Positions 7,758 to 17,692 of a DNA stretch of 32,000 nucleotides are shown here, piece by piece (the stretch's first letter is position 1; the number at the start of each line of letters is the position of its first letter). Position numbers and translations under genes: made by a program. Where the stretch lies: contig NZ_CP015137.1 of the NCBI RefSeq assembly GCF_001644705.1, forward strand, positions 3,990,001 through 4,022,000, in the 5' to 3' direction. The stretch is from Dickeya solani IPO 2222. GTDB lineage: Bacteria; Pseudomonadota; Gammaproteobacteria; Enterobacterales; Enterobacteriaceae. Below the pieces are notes generated by a model. It was not told the origin of the DNA. It did not search any database and saw nothing but the letters and a program-made list of their open reading frames with translations.

Positions 7758-9413
7758 ATGTTGTCTGGGCAAACGTCACCGCGGCTCTGGAACACGCGCC
7801 GCAGTGAAAAACAACGGCGGAAGGCGTCGATATCCGTGCCGGGCAAGGTGCTGCCCACGGAACATCTTGCCGCTATGCTGGAAAAGCTGATCGCTCCCGG
7901 CGATAAGGTTGTACTGGAAGGCAATAACCAGAAGCAGGCCGATTTTCTCTCCCGCACGCTGGCGGAGGTTAATCCGCAGAAAGTGCATGATTTGCATATG
8001 ATCATGCCGAGCGTCGGACGCAGCGAACATCTGGATATCTTTGAGAAAGGTATCGCCCATAAGCTCGATTTTTCCTTCTCGGGTACGCAGAGCCTGCGCA
8101 TTTCGCAACTGCTGGAGGATGGCGCGCTGGAAGTCGGCGCCATCCATACCTATATCGAGCTCTATTCCCGCCTGTATGTTGACCTTATCCCCAATGTGGC
8201 GCTGGTGGCGGGTTATAAAGCCGACCGCAAAGGCAACCTGTACACCGGCCCCAGCACCGAAGACACGCCGGCGCTGGTCGAAGCCGCCGCATTTCATGAC
8301 GGCATCGTCATCGCCCAGGTCAATGAGCTGGTGGACGACGAATGTGATTTACCCCGCGTGGATATCCCCGGCTCCTGGATTGATTATGTGGTGGTCGCCG
8401 ACAAACCGTTCTTTATCGAACCGCTGTTTACCCGCGATCCCAGACTGATCAAACAAGAGCACATCCTGATGGCGATGATGGCCATCAAAGGCATCTACGC
8501 CGAACATCAGGTGCAGTCGCTCAACCACGGCATCGGTTTCAACACTGCGGCGATTGAGCTGCTGCTGCCGACCTACGGTGAACGTCTGGGGCTGAAAGGC
8601 AAAATCTGTAAACACTGGACCCTCAACCCGCATCCCACCCTGATTCCGGCGATTGAAAGCGGCTGGGTCGACAGCGTCCACTGCTTTGGCGGCGAACTGG
8701 GTATGGAAGCCTATATCGCCGCCCGGCCGGACGTGTTCTTCACCGGCGCCGACGGCTCTATGCGCTCCAACCGCGCGTTTTGCCAGTTGGCGGGGCAGTA
8801 CGCCGTGGACATGTTCATCGGGTCGACATTGCAGGTTGACGGGCTGGGCAACTCGTCCACCGTCACCAAAGGCCGCCTTTCCGGGTTCGGCGGCGCGCCC
8901 AACATGGGGCATGACCCACACGGCCGCCGTCACGCCACGCCGGCATGGCTCGCCATGATTAACGAACCCGATCCGATGCAGCGCGGGCGCAAGCTGGTGG
9001 TGCAGATGGTGGAAACCTTCCAGGCCGGCGTCAAACCGACCTTTGTGGAAAAACTTGATGCGGTGGACGTGGCGAAAGCCGCCGGTATGCCGCTGGCGCC
9101 GGTGATGATTTATGGCGACGACGTCACCCATGTGCTGACCGAAGAAGGCATCGCCTATCTCTATCGCGCCAACAGCCTGGAAGAACGTCGGGCGATGGTG
9201 GCGGCGGTGGCCGGGATCACCGACATCGGGCTGGGGGTGGATGCGCAGCGCGTGGCGGAATTCCGCCGCAGCGGCAAGGTGGCTTACCCGGAAGATTTGG
9301 GGATTCGCCGTACCGAGGCGACCCGTTCACTGCTGGCGGCCGGTAGCGTGGCCGATCTGGTGGAATGGTCGGGCGGCCTGTACAACCCGCCGGCGAAGTT
9401 CCGGAGCTGGTAA
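7758..9413 (+). CDS. mdcA: Malonate decarboxylase alpha subunit (acetyl-S-ACP:malonate ACP transferase)
   Basis: 551 aa. VVLEGNNQKQADFLSR and the overall length match MdcA. AGGAGG SD lies at 7744-7749. It is the first gene of an mdc-ordered cluster. Confidence 0.93.
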   Translation: MLSGQTSPRLWNTRRSEKQRRKASISVPGKVLPTEHLAAMLEKLIAPGDKVVLEGNNQKQADFLSRTLAEVNPQKVHDLHMIMPSVGRSEHLDIFEKGIAHKLDFSFSGTQSLRISQLLEDGALEVGAIHTYIELYSRLYVDLIPNVALVAGYKADRKGNLYTGPSTEDTPALVEAAAFHDGIVIAQVNELVDDECDLPRVDIPGSWIDYVVVADKPFFIEPLFTRDPRLIKQEHILMAMMAIKGIYAEHQVQSLNHGIGFNTAAIELLLPTYGERLGLKGKICKHWTLNPHPTLIPAIESGWVDSVHCFGGELGMEAYIAARPDVFFTGADGSMRSNRAFCQLAGQYAVDMFIGSTLQVDGLGNSSTVTKGRLSGFGGAPNMGHDPHGRRHATPAWLAMINEPDPMQRGRKLVVQMVETFQAGVKPTFVEKLDAVDVAKAAGMPLAPVMIYGDDVTHVLTEEGIAYLYRANSLEERRAMVAAVAGITDIGLGVDAQRVAEFRRSGKVAYPEDLGIRRTEATRSLLAAGSVADLVEWSGGLYNPPAKFRSW

Positions 9414-10271
9414 ATGAAGCCGCAGCGACAGTCCGACGCGCACGGGTATGCGCAATGGCTGGCCGGGGCCGCGACGCACTGCCTGATTGAGGAAGCGCGG
9501 CTCAGTCCTAAACCGGGGCTGGTCGACAGCCGTGGTAGCGGCGCGCATCAGGATTTGACGCTCGTGTTGATGGAGCGCTCCGCTCACAGCCTGACCGCCA
9601 CCTTTCATACGCTGGCGCTGCAGAGCTGGCAACGCCCGGCGGATGCCGCGTTGCGCCAACTAGTCGGTCGGGTGGGGCGCGAAGGCGAACAGCACATGAT
9701 GCTGGCGACCGCCGGCGTCAATACCCACCGCGGCGCGATCTGGGCGCTGGGGCTGCTGGTCAGCGCGGCGGCGATGCTCGGCGGTGTCGGCACCGCGCAG
9801 GCTATCGCGGACACCGCGGCGCATCTTGCCCGCCTGCCGGATAACGCCGCGCCGACGGTCTTCAGTAACGGACGGCGGGCGACGCAGCGTTATCAGGTCC
9901 CCGGCGCGCGTGAAGAGGCGCAGCAGGGGTTCCCGCACATTATCCGGCTGGCGCTGCCGCAGTTGCTGCGTAGCCGTCGGCAGGGCGCCGGCGAGGACGC
10001 GGCGCGACTGGATGCGCTGATAAGCATTATGACCTCGCTGAGCGATACCTGCGTGCTGTCGCGCGCCGGGCTGGACGGGCTGGAGGCGATGCAACGCGGC
10101 GCACGGGCGGTATTGGCGGCCGGCGGCGTGTCTCGTCCCGCCGGACGACAGGCGCTGGCGCAACTGGATGCGCGCATGCTGGCGCTGAACGCCTCGCCGG
10201 GCGGCGCGGCCGATCTGCTGGCCGCCACGCTATTGCTCGATGGCATCGCACAGCCATCTTTATACGATTAA
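9414..10271 (+). CDS. mdcB: Triphosphoribosyl-dephospho-CoA synthase
   Basis: 285 aa. The start abuts the mdcA stop (TAAATG). It has CitG/MdcB-type sequence (KPGLVD, NTHRGAIW, SPGGAADLLA). Confidence 0.9.
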   Translation: MKPQRQSDAHGYAQWLAGAATHCLIEEARLSPKPGLVDSRGSGAHQDLTLVLMERSAHSLTATFHTLALQSWQRPADAALRQLVGRVGREGEQHMMLATAGVNTHRGAIWALGLLVSAAAMLGGVGTAQAIADTAAHLARLPDNAAPTVFSNGRRATQRYQVPGAREEAQQGFPHIIRLALPQLLRSRRQGAGEDAARLDALISIMTSLSDTCVLSRAGLDGLEAMQRGARAVLAAGGVSRPAGRQALAQLDARMLALNASPGGAADLLAATLLLDGIAQPSLYD

Positions 10272-10280
10272 GAGGGTGTT

Positions 10281-10580
10281 ATGGAACACATTACATTGTC
10301 ATTCCCGGCCACCCACCCGGCCAGCGGCAACGCGCTGGCGGGTGTGGTGGGATCCGGTGATATGGAAGTGCTGCTGACGGCTGACGCCGGACAGACGCTC
10401 ACCATCGACATCACCACGTCGGTGGATAACAGCCGGGCGCGCTGGCAGGCGCTGTTTGACCGGTTAAGTTCGCTCGGCGGCCTGCCTGCCGGCGCCATGA
10501 CGATTCATGATTTTGGCGCTACGCCCGGTGTGGCACGCATCCGCATCGAACAGGTTTTTGAAGGGGTGAATCATGCGTGA
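10281..10580 (+). CDS. mdcC: Malonate decarboxylase acyl carrier protein (delta subunit)
   Basis: 99 aa. GVVGSGDMEVLL contains the prosthetic-group serine motif (SGD[LM]EV). Position in the cluster also fits. Confidence 0.9.
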   Translation: MEHITLSFPATHPASGNALAGVVGSGDMEVLLTADAGQTLTIDITTSVDNSRARWQALFDRLSSLGGLPAGAMTIHDFGATPGVARIRIEQVFEGVNHA

Positions 10581-11406
10581 CGACCGCAGCTTTATCGAAC
10601 TCAAAGCACGGGAACGCGCCCGCGCGCTGCTGGATGAGGGCAGCTACCGCGAATTGCTCGACCCATTTGACGGCATCGTCTCGCCGTGGCTGGGGCCGCA
10701 GGGCATCGTGGTGCAGTCGGACGACGGCATGGTAGTGGCGAAGGGCACGCTGCAGGGCAAACCGACGGTGGTGATCGCCATTGAAGGCGCGTTTCAGGGC
10801 GGCAGCATGGGGGAAGTCTCCGGCGCTAAAATGGCCGCCGCGCTGGAGCTGGCGGCGGACGACCAGCGCAAAGGCATCCCGACGCAGGCGATTTTATGTC
10901 TGGAAACCGGCGGCGTGCGGTTGCAGGAGGCCAATCTTGGGCTGGCGGCTATCGCCGATATTCACGCGGCTATCGTCGACCTGCGTCGTTATACGCCGGT
11001 TGTCGGCATCATCGCCGGGACGGTGGGCTGCTTTGGCGGCATGTCGATCGCCGCCGCGCTGTGCAGCCATCTGATCGTCACCCGCGAGGCGCGCCTCGGG
11101 CTCAACGGCCCGCAGGTGATCGAACAGGAAGCGGGGGGTGCCGAGTATGACTCGCGTGACCGCCCCTTTATCTGGAGCATGACCGGCGGGGAAATTCGTC
11201 ACCGTAGCGGCCTGACCGACAGTCTGGTGGCCGACGGCGTTAACGCCGTCAAACAGGCGGTGAATGACGCGCTCGCCAGCGGCGTACCGGCGCAACACCG
11301 CTCGGATAACTACGCGTGGTATCTGGCGCGGCTGACCGGCGCCGATACGCGTCAGCAGGCCGATACGCAACAGATCCAACAGCTTTTCGGGGAGGTACAC
11401 CCATGA
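10573..11406 (+). CDS. mdcD: Malonate decarboxylase beta subunit (carboxyltransferase)
   Basis: 277 aa. It has a carboxyltransferase-type glycine-rich region (FQGGSMGEVSG). It overlaps the mdcC stop by 8 nt. Confidence 0.9.
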   Translation: MRDDRSFIELKARERARALLDEGSYRELLDPFDGIVSPWLGPQGIVVQSDDGMVVAKGTLQGKPTVVIAIEGAFQGGSMGEVSGAKMAAALELAADDQRKGIPTQAILCLETGGVRLQEANLGLAAIADIHAAIVDLRRYTPVVGIIAGTVGCFGGMSIAAALCSHLIVTREARLGLNGPQVIEQEAGGAEYDSRDRPFIWSMTGGEIRHRSGLTDSLVADGVNAVKQAVNDALASGVPAQHRSDNYAWYLARLTGADTRQQADTQQIQQLFGEVHP

Positions 11407-12203
11407 GTCAGGTAGCACATCGCGGCGCGCTATGGCTGGACGCGCTGGCGCACGGTAAACCACGACTGGCAGGGCTGTGCCCGTCGGTACAGGCGGTCGA
11501 CGGCGACATTGCCGGCGAACCGGTCCGTTTTATTGCCGTTGTCCCTGACGCGGCTAACCATTACCCGCGCGCTGCGCAGGGCGAGGTTGGGCTGCTTGAG
11601 GGCTGGACGCTGGCGAAAGTGGTGCATGAGACGCTGGCGGCTGACCGCCACAGCGACAAAAAACGGCCGATTGTGGCGGTGATCGACGTGCCCAGTCAGG
11701 CGTATGGCCGTCGGGAAGAAGCCTTCGGCATCCATCAGGCGCTGGCGGCGGCGGCGGGGGCTTACGCTCAGGCGCGCCTCGCCGGGCATCCGGTCATCGG
11801 GCTGATTGTCGGCAAGGCGATGTCCGGCGCGTTTCTGGCCCACGGCTATCAGGCCAATCGGCTGATCGCCTTTAATGACCCGGAGGTACAGATTCACGCG
11901 ATGGGCAAGGCGTCGGCGGCGCGCATCACGCTCAGAAGCGTGGAGGAGCTGGAAAAACTGGCGGCCGCCATCCCGCCGATGGCCTATGACATTCGCAACT
12001 ACGCCACGCTGGGGCTGCTGTCGGCGTTGCTGGATATCAGCAATCCGGATGCGCCGTCCGCCAACGACGTGGCGCAGGTGACCGATGCGCTACAGCAGGC
12101 GATGACTGACGCCCGCCGCGACCCGTCGCTGAAAACGCGACTGGGCGCGGACAACCGGCGCAGTTCGTTGCAGGTGCGTGAGCGGATGCGCGCGCTGTGG
12201 TAA
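11403..12203 (+). CDS. mdcE: Malonate decarboxylase gamma subunit
   Basis: The ORF track starts at 11316, but the ATG at 11403 overlaps the mdcD stop (ATGA) and gives a roughly 266-aa product (MSQVAHRGALWLD...) of the expected size. Confidence 0.85.
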   Translation: MSQVAHRGALWLDALAHGKPRLAGLCPSVQAVDGDIAGEPVRFIAVVPDAANHYPRAAQGEVGLLEGWTLAKVVHETLAADRHSDKKRPIVAVIDVPSQAYGRREEAFGIHQALAAAAGAYAQARLAGHPVIGLIVGKAMSGAFLAHGYQANRLIAFNDPEVQIHAMGKASAARITLRSVEELEKLAAAIPPMAYDIRNYATLGLLSALLDISNPDAPSANDVAQVTDALQQAMTDARRDPSLKTRLGADNRRSSLQVRERMRALW

Positions 12204-12439
12204 GCCGCGTTCGCGGGCAAACCGCAACCAGCGGGTAACCATAACTCGCGGATCAGTCACCACTATGCGGTGGTCAGCCTGCTCGTTTGTAAGGGCGGCC
12301 ACCGATATATCGGTAAGCCAATAAAGAGACCTGCCAGAAAAGGGCAACGGGCGTCATCGAGCGCCCGCAGACGCCCTTTGTCTGAAAACTATAACCATCG
12401 CGCTGGAACTCATACTCTTTTATTACAGGTGAATACGAT

Positions 12440-13399
12440 ATGACTTATGTAATTGTTCATGCACTTGCGCCGATTTTTATCATCATGCTGCTGGGGTTCT
12501 GGGCAGGCAAAGCCAAAATGGTGGATAACAAGAACGTTGCGCTGCTCAATATTTTCGTCATGGATTTTGCACTGCCGGCGGCGCTGTTCAGCGCCACGGT
12601 ACAAACGCCCTGGTCCGGCATTGTCCAGCAGTCGCCGTTGATCGTGGTGCTGACGCTGGCGATGTGGGTCACCTACGCGGCCATTTATTTTCTGGCTGTC
12701 AACGTGTTTCACAAAACGCCGCAGGACGCAGCCGTGCTCACGCTCACCGTGGCGCTGCCCAATTACGCGGCGCTCGGCCTGCCGATTCTCGGCAGCGTGC
12801 TGGGCGACGGCTCGGCTACGTCGCTGTCGGTGGCGGTGTCTATCGCCTGTGGTTCGGTGCTGATGACGCCGTTCTGCCTGCTGATTCTGGAACGTGAAAA
12901 GGCGCGTGCGTCGGGCGGTAGCCAGACCTCCACGCTGGCAATGCTGCCGGTGTTGATGTGGCGCTCGGTGAAAAAACCGATCGTGCTGGGGCCGTTGCTG
13001 GGCGTGGTATTGTCCGCCATTGGTATCCGCATGCCGGAATTGCTGCTGGCGTCGATCAAGCCGCTGGGGTTATCCGCTACCGCCACCGCGCTGTTCCTGA
13101 CCGGGGTGATCCTCTCGGCGCGTCAGCTGAAAATCAACCTGGTGGTCACCACCGCGGTGCTGACCAAGTTGCTGATTCAACCGGCGCTGGCGTGGGCGAT
13201 AGTGCTGGTGTTGGGGCTGCATGGCGCGGTGGCGATCACCTCGATTCTGATGATTGCCCTGTCCGCCGGCTTTTTCGGTGTGGTGTTCGGTAACCGGTTT
13301 GGCGTGCAGTCGCCGGATGCGGAAGCGGTGCTGTTGTTAAGCTCGGTACTCTGTATCCTGTCGCTGCCGCTGTTTATTACGTTAACATCAGGCATTTGA
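12440..13399 (+). CDS. mdcF: AEC (auxin efflux carrier) family membrane protein, putative malonate transporter
   Basis: 319 aa polytopic membrane protein at the mdcF position. SD is AGGTGA. A 236-bp gap separates it from mdcE. Confidence 0.8.
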   Translation: MTYVIVHALAPIFIIMLLGFWAGKAKMVDNKNVALLNIFVMDFALPAALFSATVQTPWSGIVQQSPLIVVLTLAMWVTYAAIYFLAVNVFHKTPQDAAVLTLTVALPNYAALGLPILGSVLGDGSATSLSVAVSIACGSVLMTPFCLLILEREKARASGGSQTSTLAMLPVLMWRSVKKPIVLGPLLGVVLSAIGIRMPELLLASIKPLGLSATATALFLTGVILSARQLKINLVVTTAVLTKLLIQPALAWAIVLVLGLHGAVAITSILMIALSAGFFGVVFGNRFGVQSPDAEAVLLLSSVLCILSLPLFITLTSGI

Positions 13400-13420
13400 A
13401 CGACATCAGGAATTTGAATC

Positions 13421-14038
13421 ATGGTCACGACACGTCCGCACGATCTGTTATGGCTGGCGTCCCGCGAGGCGCTGGAGGATATCGACGCGCCTTGGGTGGA
13501 CAGCCAGTGGCGACCGGCTCTGCCGGTGGTGGTGCGACGTGACGTTGACCCGCGCGGACGTATTCCGGTCGGGGTGCGCGGCCTGCGCCGCGACCAGCGC
13601 GCCGCCGGGTGGGTGGCGGCAGAGCAGGTGGTTCGGGTGGTGACGCCGGACAGGCTGTGCGATCTGCCGTCGCTGTTGCATTCGCCGTTTGTGTCGCAAC
13701 CGCCGGTACAGGTCGCCATTCAACTGGCGCAGCAGCGCTGGCCGTGGCAGTGGGGTATCACCGGCGGTACGGGATACGCGCTGGCGACCCAGATGCCGGT
13801 GCTGCATGCCGACAGCGATCTGGATTTGCTGATTCTCGCGCCTCAGGCGCTGGACCGCGACGCGCTGGCTGACTGGCAACGGCAGCTGTCGTCGTCGCGG
13901 CTGTGTCGGGCCGATACGCAAGTGGAAACGCCCCACGGCGGTTTCGCGTTGGCCGAGTGGCTGAGAGACGGACAGGCACTGTTGAAAACCGACCGTGGGC
14001 CGCGACGGGTCAGCGATCCGTGGTCAATGGAGGGGTGA
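13421..14038 (+). CDS. mdcG: Phosphoribosyl-dephospho-CoA transferase (holo-ACP synthase)
   Basis: 205 aa at the mdcG position. It has a nucleotidyltransferase-like DSDLDLLI motif. Confidence 0.85.
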   Translation: MVTTRPHDLLWLASREALEDIDAPWVDSQWRPALPVVVRRDVDPRGRIPVGVRGLRRDQRAAGWVAAEQVVRVVTPDRLCDLPSLLHSPFVSQPPVQVAIQLAQQRWPWQWGITGGTGYALATQMPVLHADSDLDLLILAPQALDRDALADWQRQLSSSRLCRADTQVETPHGGFALAEWLRDGQALLKTDRGPRRVSDPWSMEG

Positions 14039-14039
14039 G

Positions 14040-14948
14040 ATGAAGATTCTGTTTACCTTCCCCGGGCAGGGGGCGCAGCATGTCGGCATGTTGCGACAGC
14101 TTCCGTCCGATACCGCCGTACTGGATGAAGCGCGAGCGGTGTTGGGCGACGAGGTTCACCAGCTCGATAGCCCGCAGGCGCTGCGCCATACCCGCGCGGT
14201 ACAGCTGTGTCTGCTGATAACGGGCGTGGCCTGGGCCAGAGCGCTGATGGAACGCGGCGTGATGCCGGATATGGTCAGCGGCTTGTCGATTGGTGCATTT
14301 CCGGCGGCGGTGATCGCCGGCGTGCTCCGTTTTGACGACGCGCTACGTCTGGTGGCGTTGCGCGGCGACCTGATGGAACAGGCTTATCCGCAGGGATATG
14401 GGCTCACCGCCATCATGGGGTTGAGCCAGGCCGAGGTGGAGACGTTGCTGGTCGACAGCGGCGCGTATCTCGCCAACCTGAACGCTGAGCGGCAAATCGT
14501 GATCGCGGGCAGCGACGAGAGCATGGCGCGGGTGGCGCAACGGGCGTTGCAACGCGGCGCCAGCCGGGCGCACCGGTTGCAGATTAGCGTGCCGTCGCAC
14601 TGTGCGTTGCTGGATGCGCCTGCCAGACAACTGGCGTCGGCGTTTGCTTCGCTGTCGCTGTCGCCTCCGCAATGCGGCTACCTGAGCGGCAGTTCCGCCC
14701 GGGCAATCTGGCAACCGGAACGCATCGCGGACGACCTGGCGCTAAACATGGCGCGCACCGTGCGCTGGCACGAGGCGATGGTGGCGGCTGAGGAGCGCGA
14801 CGTTCGACTGGCGATTGAGATGCCGCCGGGCGGTGTGTTGACCTGCCTGGCGAAGCAGGCGTTTAGCCGCAGCGAGGCGTTTTCGCTGGAACGCAGCGGC
14901 ATCGATGTGGTGGTGCACCGCGCCAGCCAGCTCAGGGCGCAGGCGTAG
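14040..14948 (+). CDS. mdcH: Malonyl-CoA:ACP transacylase (epsilon subunit)
   Basis: The ORF track starts at 13995. MKILFTFPGQGAQ at 14040, one nt after the mdcG stop, is the FabD-type N-terminus. GLSIGAF is the active-site serine motif. Confidence 0.88.
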   Translation: MKILFTFPGQGAQHVGMLRQLPSDTAVLDEARAVLGDEVHQLDSPQALRHTRAVQLCLLITGVAWARALMERGVMPDMVSGLSIGAFPAAVIAGVLRFDDALRLVALRGDLMEQAYPQGYGLTAIMGLSQAEVETLLVDSGAYLANLNAERQIVIAGSDESMARVAQRALQRGASRAHRLQISVPSHCALLDAPARQLASAFASLSLSPPQCGYLSGSSARAIWQPERIADDLALNMARTVRWHEAMVAAEERDVRLAIEMPPGGVLTCLAKQAFSRSEAFSLERSGIDVVVHRASQLRAQA

Positions 14949-15864
14949 CGTTCAGGCTGCGGGCGTACATGCGGCCTTCCGCCACCAACGCCAGCAGATT
15001 CGGGTCATGCTCGCGGTTGCGGGCGAACACAATGGCGATGAGCTGGCGCATCTGATAAGGCGGCGCCAGTTTCAGTAACTGCACATCGTTCTCGTACACT
15101 TTTTTCATCCGCTCGGGGATGAGGGTAAAACCGACGCCGGCCTGCACCAGACTCAGCATGGAGAAAATGTCGTCCACCCGCGTGACGATTTCCGGCTCGA
15201 ACCCGGCGATGTGAAACGCTTCCTGAAAACCGGCATAGGTAGCGAACCCTTCGGACAGCGACACGAACCGCTGGTGGTGGAAGTCGCGCAGGTCGGCCGG
15301 CTGGCGGGTATCCAGCTTCGCGGCAGCCGGCGCCGCCAGACAAATGTCATCCTCAAACAGCGGCAGGAATTCCAGCTGGTTACGGTCGATAGTGTTGTCG
15401 GAAAGCGAGATGAGGACCGCGTCCAGTTGCTGATCGTCCAGCATGGCGAGCAGGCGCTGATTCGACCCCATGGTTAAATCCAGCTCCAGATCCGGGCGAC
15501 GCAGTTTGACGCCCATAATCAGGCGCGGCACCGTTTCCAGCGTCAGCGAATACAGCGTTCCGATGCGCAATCGCCCCTGACCGACCCCGGCGGTCTTGCG
15601 GGTTTCTTCCAGTCCCCGCTCCATCAACAGCATCGCCTCCTGGCTGTATTCCAGCAGCGTATGCGCCGCCGGCAGCGCCACCAGATTGCGCCCTTTATGG
15701 ATAAACAACGGGCAGCGCACTCCTTCCTCCAGCGTATGCAACGCACGGTGTACGCTGACGCCGCTGAGCCCGAGGAGTTCGGCGGTGCGGGTGATATTCC
15801 CGGTCTCCATGAACGTTTTGAAAATCTCAAGCTTGCGGAACGTGATGTCGCCGTCTTTTAACAT
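14932..15864 (-). CDS. mdcR: LysR-family regulator of the malonate decarboxylase operon
   Basis: 310 aa. The N-terminal LysR wHTH is FKTFMETGNITRTAELLGLSGVSVHRALHTLE. It is convergent with mdcH, as in the described Klebsiella mdc locus. Confidence 0.85.
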   Translation of the reverse strand: MLKDGDITFRKLEIFKTFMETGNITRTAELLGLSGVSVHRALHTLEEGVRCPLFIHKGRNLVALPAAHTLLEYSQEAMLLMERGLEETRKTAGVGQGRLRIGTLYSLTLETVPRLIMGVKLRRPDLELDLTMGSNQRLLAMLDDQQLDAVLISLSDNTIDRNQLEFLPLFEDDICLAAPAAAKLDTRQPADLRDFHHQRFVSLSEGFATYAGFQEAFHIAGFEPEIVTRVDDIFSMLSLVQAGVGFTLIPERMKKVYENDVQLLKLAPPYQMRQLIAIVFARNREHDPNLLALVAEGRMYARSLNATPAP

Positions 15865-15979
15865 ATCGGACTCATTGCGTGATAGCGCTGTGGATGTGAA
15901 TGGGTAAACCGTAAGAGAATTGTACCTGCAATGCGCGGTAAAAGGGGAGTCAACGGTGTTTCGCCTGATGCCGAGCAGC

Positions 15980-16002
15980 GAGGCCCGCTAAACGCGGGCC
16001 TC
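15980..16002 (-). terminator. Strong hairpin just downstream of the sitD stop
   Basis: GAGGCCCGC-TAAAC-GCGGGCCTC forms a perfect 9-bp stem, 7 nt beyond the stop at 16009. There is no U-tract. Confidence 0.4.
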
Positions 16003-16008
16003 ACCCGG

Positions 16009-16836
16009 TCACTGCTGCGGTTTTCGCATTTTCGCGGCGCACTGCGCGATGATAAAAATCAGCGACTGGATAATTACGATGCACGGCCCGGTCGCGCCAT
16101 CAAGGAAGTAGCTAAGCCAGGTGCCGAAAATCGACGAGAAGGTCGCGCTGGTCACCGCCACCAGCATCATGGCGCCGAACCGTTTGCACAGCACAAACCC
16201 GGTAATGCCGGGGGTGATCAACATGGCGATCACCAAAATCACGCCAACCGCCTGCAGCGCGGCGACGATGGTCAGCGATAGTAACGTCAACAGGCCATAG
16301 TGCAGCAGTTTTACCGGCAGACCGCAGATCTGCGCCTGCGTGGGGTCAAAACAGTACAGCACCAGATCGCGCCATTTAATCAGGACCACGGCCAGCACCA
16401 GCAGGCTGATCGCCAGCGTTTGCTGCAGCTCGTAGCGGGTGATCCCCAGAACGTTGCCGAACAGGATATGGCTCAGGTGCTGTTCGGTATTGACGCGTGA
16501 AAACAGCACCAGACCGACGGCGAACATGCCGGAAAACAGAATCCCCATCACGGTATCTTCTTTGATGCGGCAACGTTCCTTCACATAGCCGGTAGCCAGC
16601 GCGCAAAACAAACCGGAGGCGAACGCGCCGATCGCCAGCGGGATGCCCGCCAGCCAGGCCAGCACCACGCCGGGCAGCACGGCGTGGGAAACGGCGTCGC
16701 CCATCAGCGACCAGCCTTTGAGCACCATAAAACAGGAGAGCACCGCGCACACCATGCCGACCACGCCCGCCGCCAGCATGGCTTTGACCATGAACGGAAA
16801 GGAAAAGGGTTCGGCTAACAAGGTCAACCATTCCAT
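16009..16836 (-). CDS. sitD: Mn/Fe ABC transporter permease
   Basis: 275 aa. It belongs to the ABC-3 (ZnuB/YfeD) permease family. The start lies 1 nt after the sitC stop. SD is GAGGAA. Confidence 0.9.
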   Translation of the reverse strand: MEWLTLLAEPFSFPFMVKAMLAAGVVGMVCAVLSCFMVLKGWSLMGDAVSHAVLPGVVLAWLAGIPLAIGAFASGLFCALATGYVKERCRIKEDTVMGILFSGMFAVGLVLFSRVNTEQHLSHILFGNVLGITRYELQQTLAISLLVLAVVLIKWRDLVLYCFDPTQAQICGLPVKLLHYGLLTLLSLTIVAALQAVGVILVIAMLITPGITGFVLCKRFGAMMLVAVTSATFSSIFGTWLSYFLDGATGPCIVIIQSLIFIIAQCAAKMRKPQQ

Positions 16837-16837
16837 A

Positions 16838-17692
16838 TTATTTCCTCATCGCCAGACGGCGTTGACGACGGGCGGCCAGCAGCCCGTGGCGGGGCGCGAA
16901 GACAAAAGCCAGCAGGAACATCAGCGTTTGTAGTGAAACGATGATGCCGCCGGTGGCGCCGTTCAGGAAGAAACTCAGCCAGGCGCCTACCGCGCTGGTG
17001 GCGGTGCCGAGCGCAATGGCGATCAGCACCAGCCGCGGGAAGCGGTCGGTCAGCAGCCAGGCGGTGGCGCCCGGCGTAATCACCATGGCGATCACCAAAA
17101 TGGCGCCCACCGTTTGCAGCGCGGCGACGGTACAGGCGCTCAGCAGGGTGAAGAAGATGATTTTCAGCCGCAGCGGCGACAGGCCGATGGTTCTGGCATG
17201 GATTTCGTCAAAAAAGGTGACGAACAGATCTTTCCAGATAAAGCACAGCACGATGAGCGAGATGCCGATAATCAGCGCCACCTGCAGGATATCTTCATCC
17301 GCAATGCCGAGAATATTGCCGAAAATGATCGATTGCACGTTCACCGCGGTCGGGTTCAGCGAAATGATCAGCAGCCCGGCGGCAAAAAACGTGGAGAAGA
17401 TAAACCCGATCACCGCGTCTTCCCGGATACGGGTCAGATGTCGGATGAAGGTCATGGCGAGCGCCGCCAGAATGCCGGCGAAAAACGCGCCGGCGGCGTA
17501 GGGTAGCCCCAGCGCATAAGCCCCGGCTACGCCCGGCACCACCGAATGCGACAACGCGTCGCCCATCAGCGACCAGCCTTTCAGCATCAGGTAGGCGGAC
17601 AAAAAGGCGCAGGTACCGCCGACCACGGCGCTTATCAGGATGGCTTTGACCATGTATTCATACTGGAAGGGCGCCAGCAACGCATCAATCAT
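16838..17692 (-). CDS. sitC: Mn/Fe ABC transporter permease
   Basis: It belongs to the ABC-3 permease family. The ORF track starts at 17710, but the ATG at 17692 ([14 protein letters not shown]) is preceded by AGGAGG at 9-nt spacing and overlaps the sitB stop. Confidence 0.88.
   Translation of the reverse strand: MIDALLAPFQYEYMVKAILISAVVGGTCAFLSAYLMLKGWSLMGDALSHSVVPGVAGAYALGLPYAAGAFFAGILAALAMTFIRHLTRIREDAVIGFIFSTFFAAGLLIISLNPTAVNVQSIIFGNILGIADEDILQVALIIGISLIVLCFIWKDLFVTFFDEIHARTIGLSPLRLKIIFFTLLSACTVAALQTVGAILVIAMVITPGATAWLLTDRFPRLVLIAIALGTATSAVGAWLSFFLNGATGGIIVSLQTLMFLLAFVFAPRHGLLAARRQRRLAMRK

Noticed and set aside
8349-9131. Long antisense or out-of-frame ORFs inside strong genes. Examples are 8349-9131(-), 6437-7195(-), 2697-3470(+), 16941-17501(+), 10894-11463(-) and 13177-13719(-).
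   Set aside because: Their products are Arg/Pro/Ala/Gly-rich and low in complexity, which is typical of non-coding frames in GC-rich DNA. Each is fully overlapped by a gene with clear family motifs.
14932-14948. The 17-bp overlap of the convergent mdcH and mdcR 3' ends, considered as a special regulatory feature.
   Set aside because: Short convergent overlaps are common in compact GC-rich loci. Nothing further supports a regulatory function.
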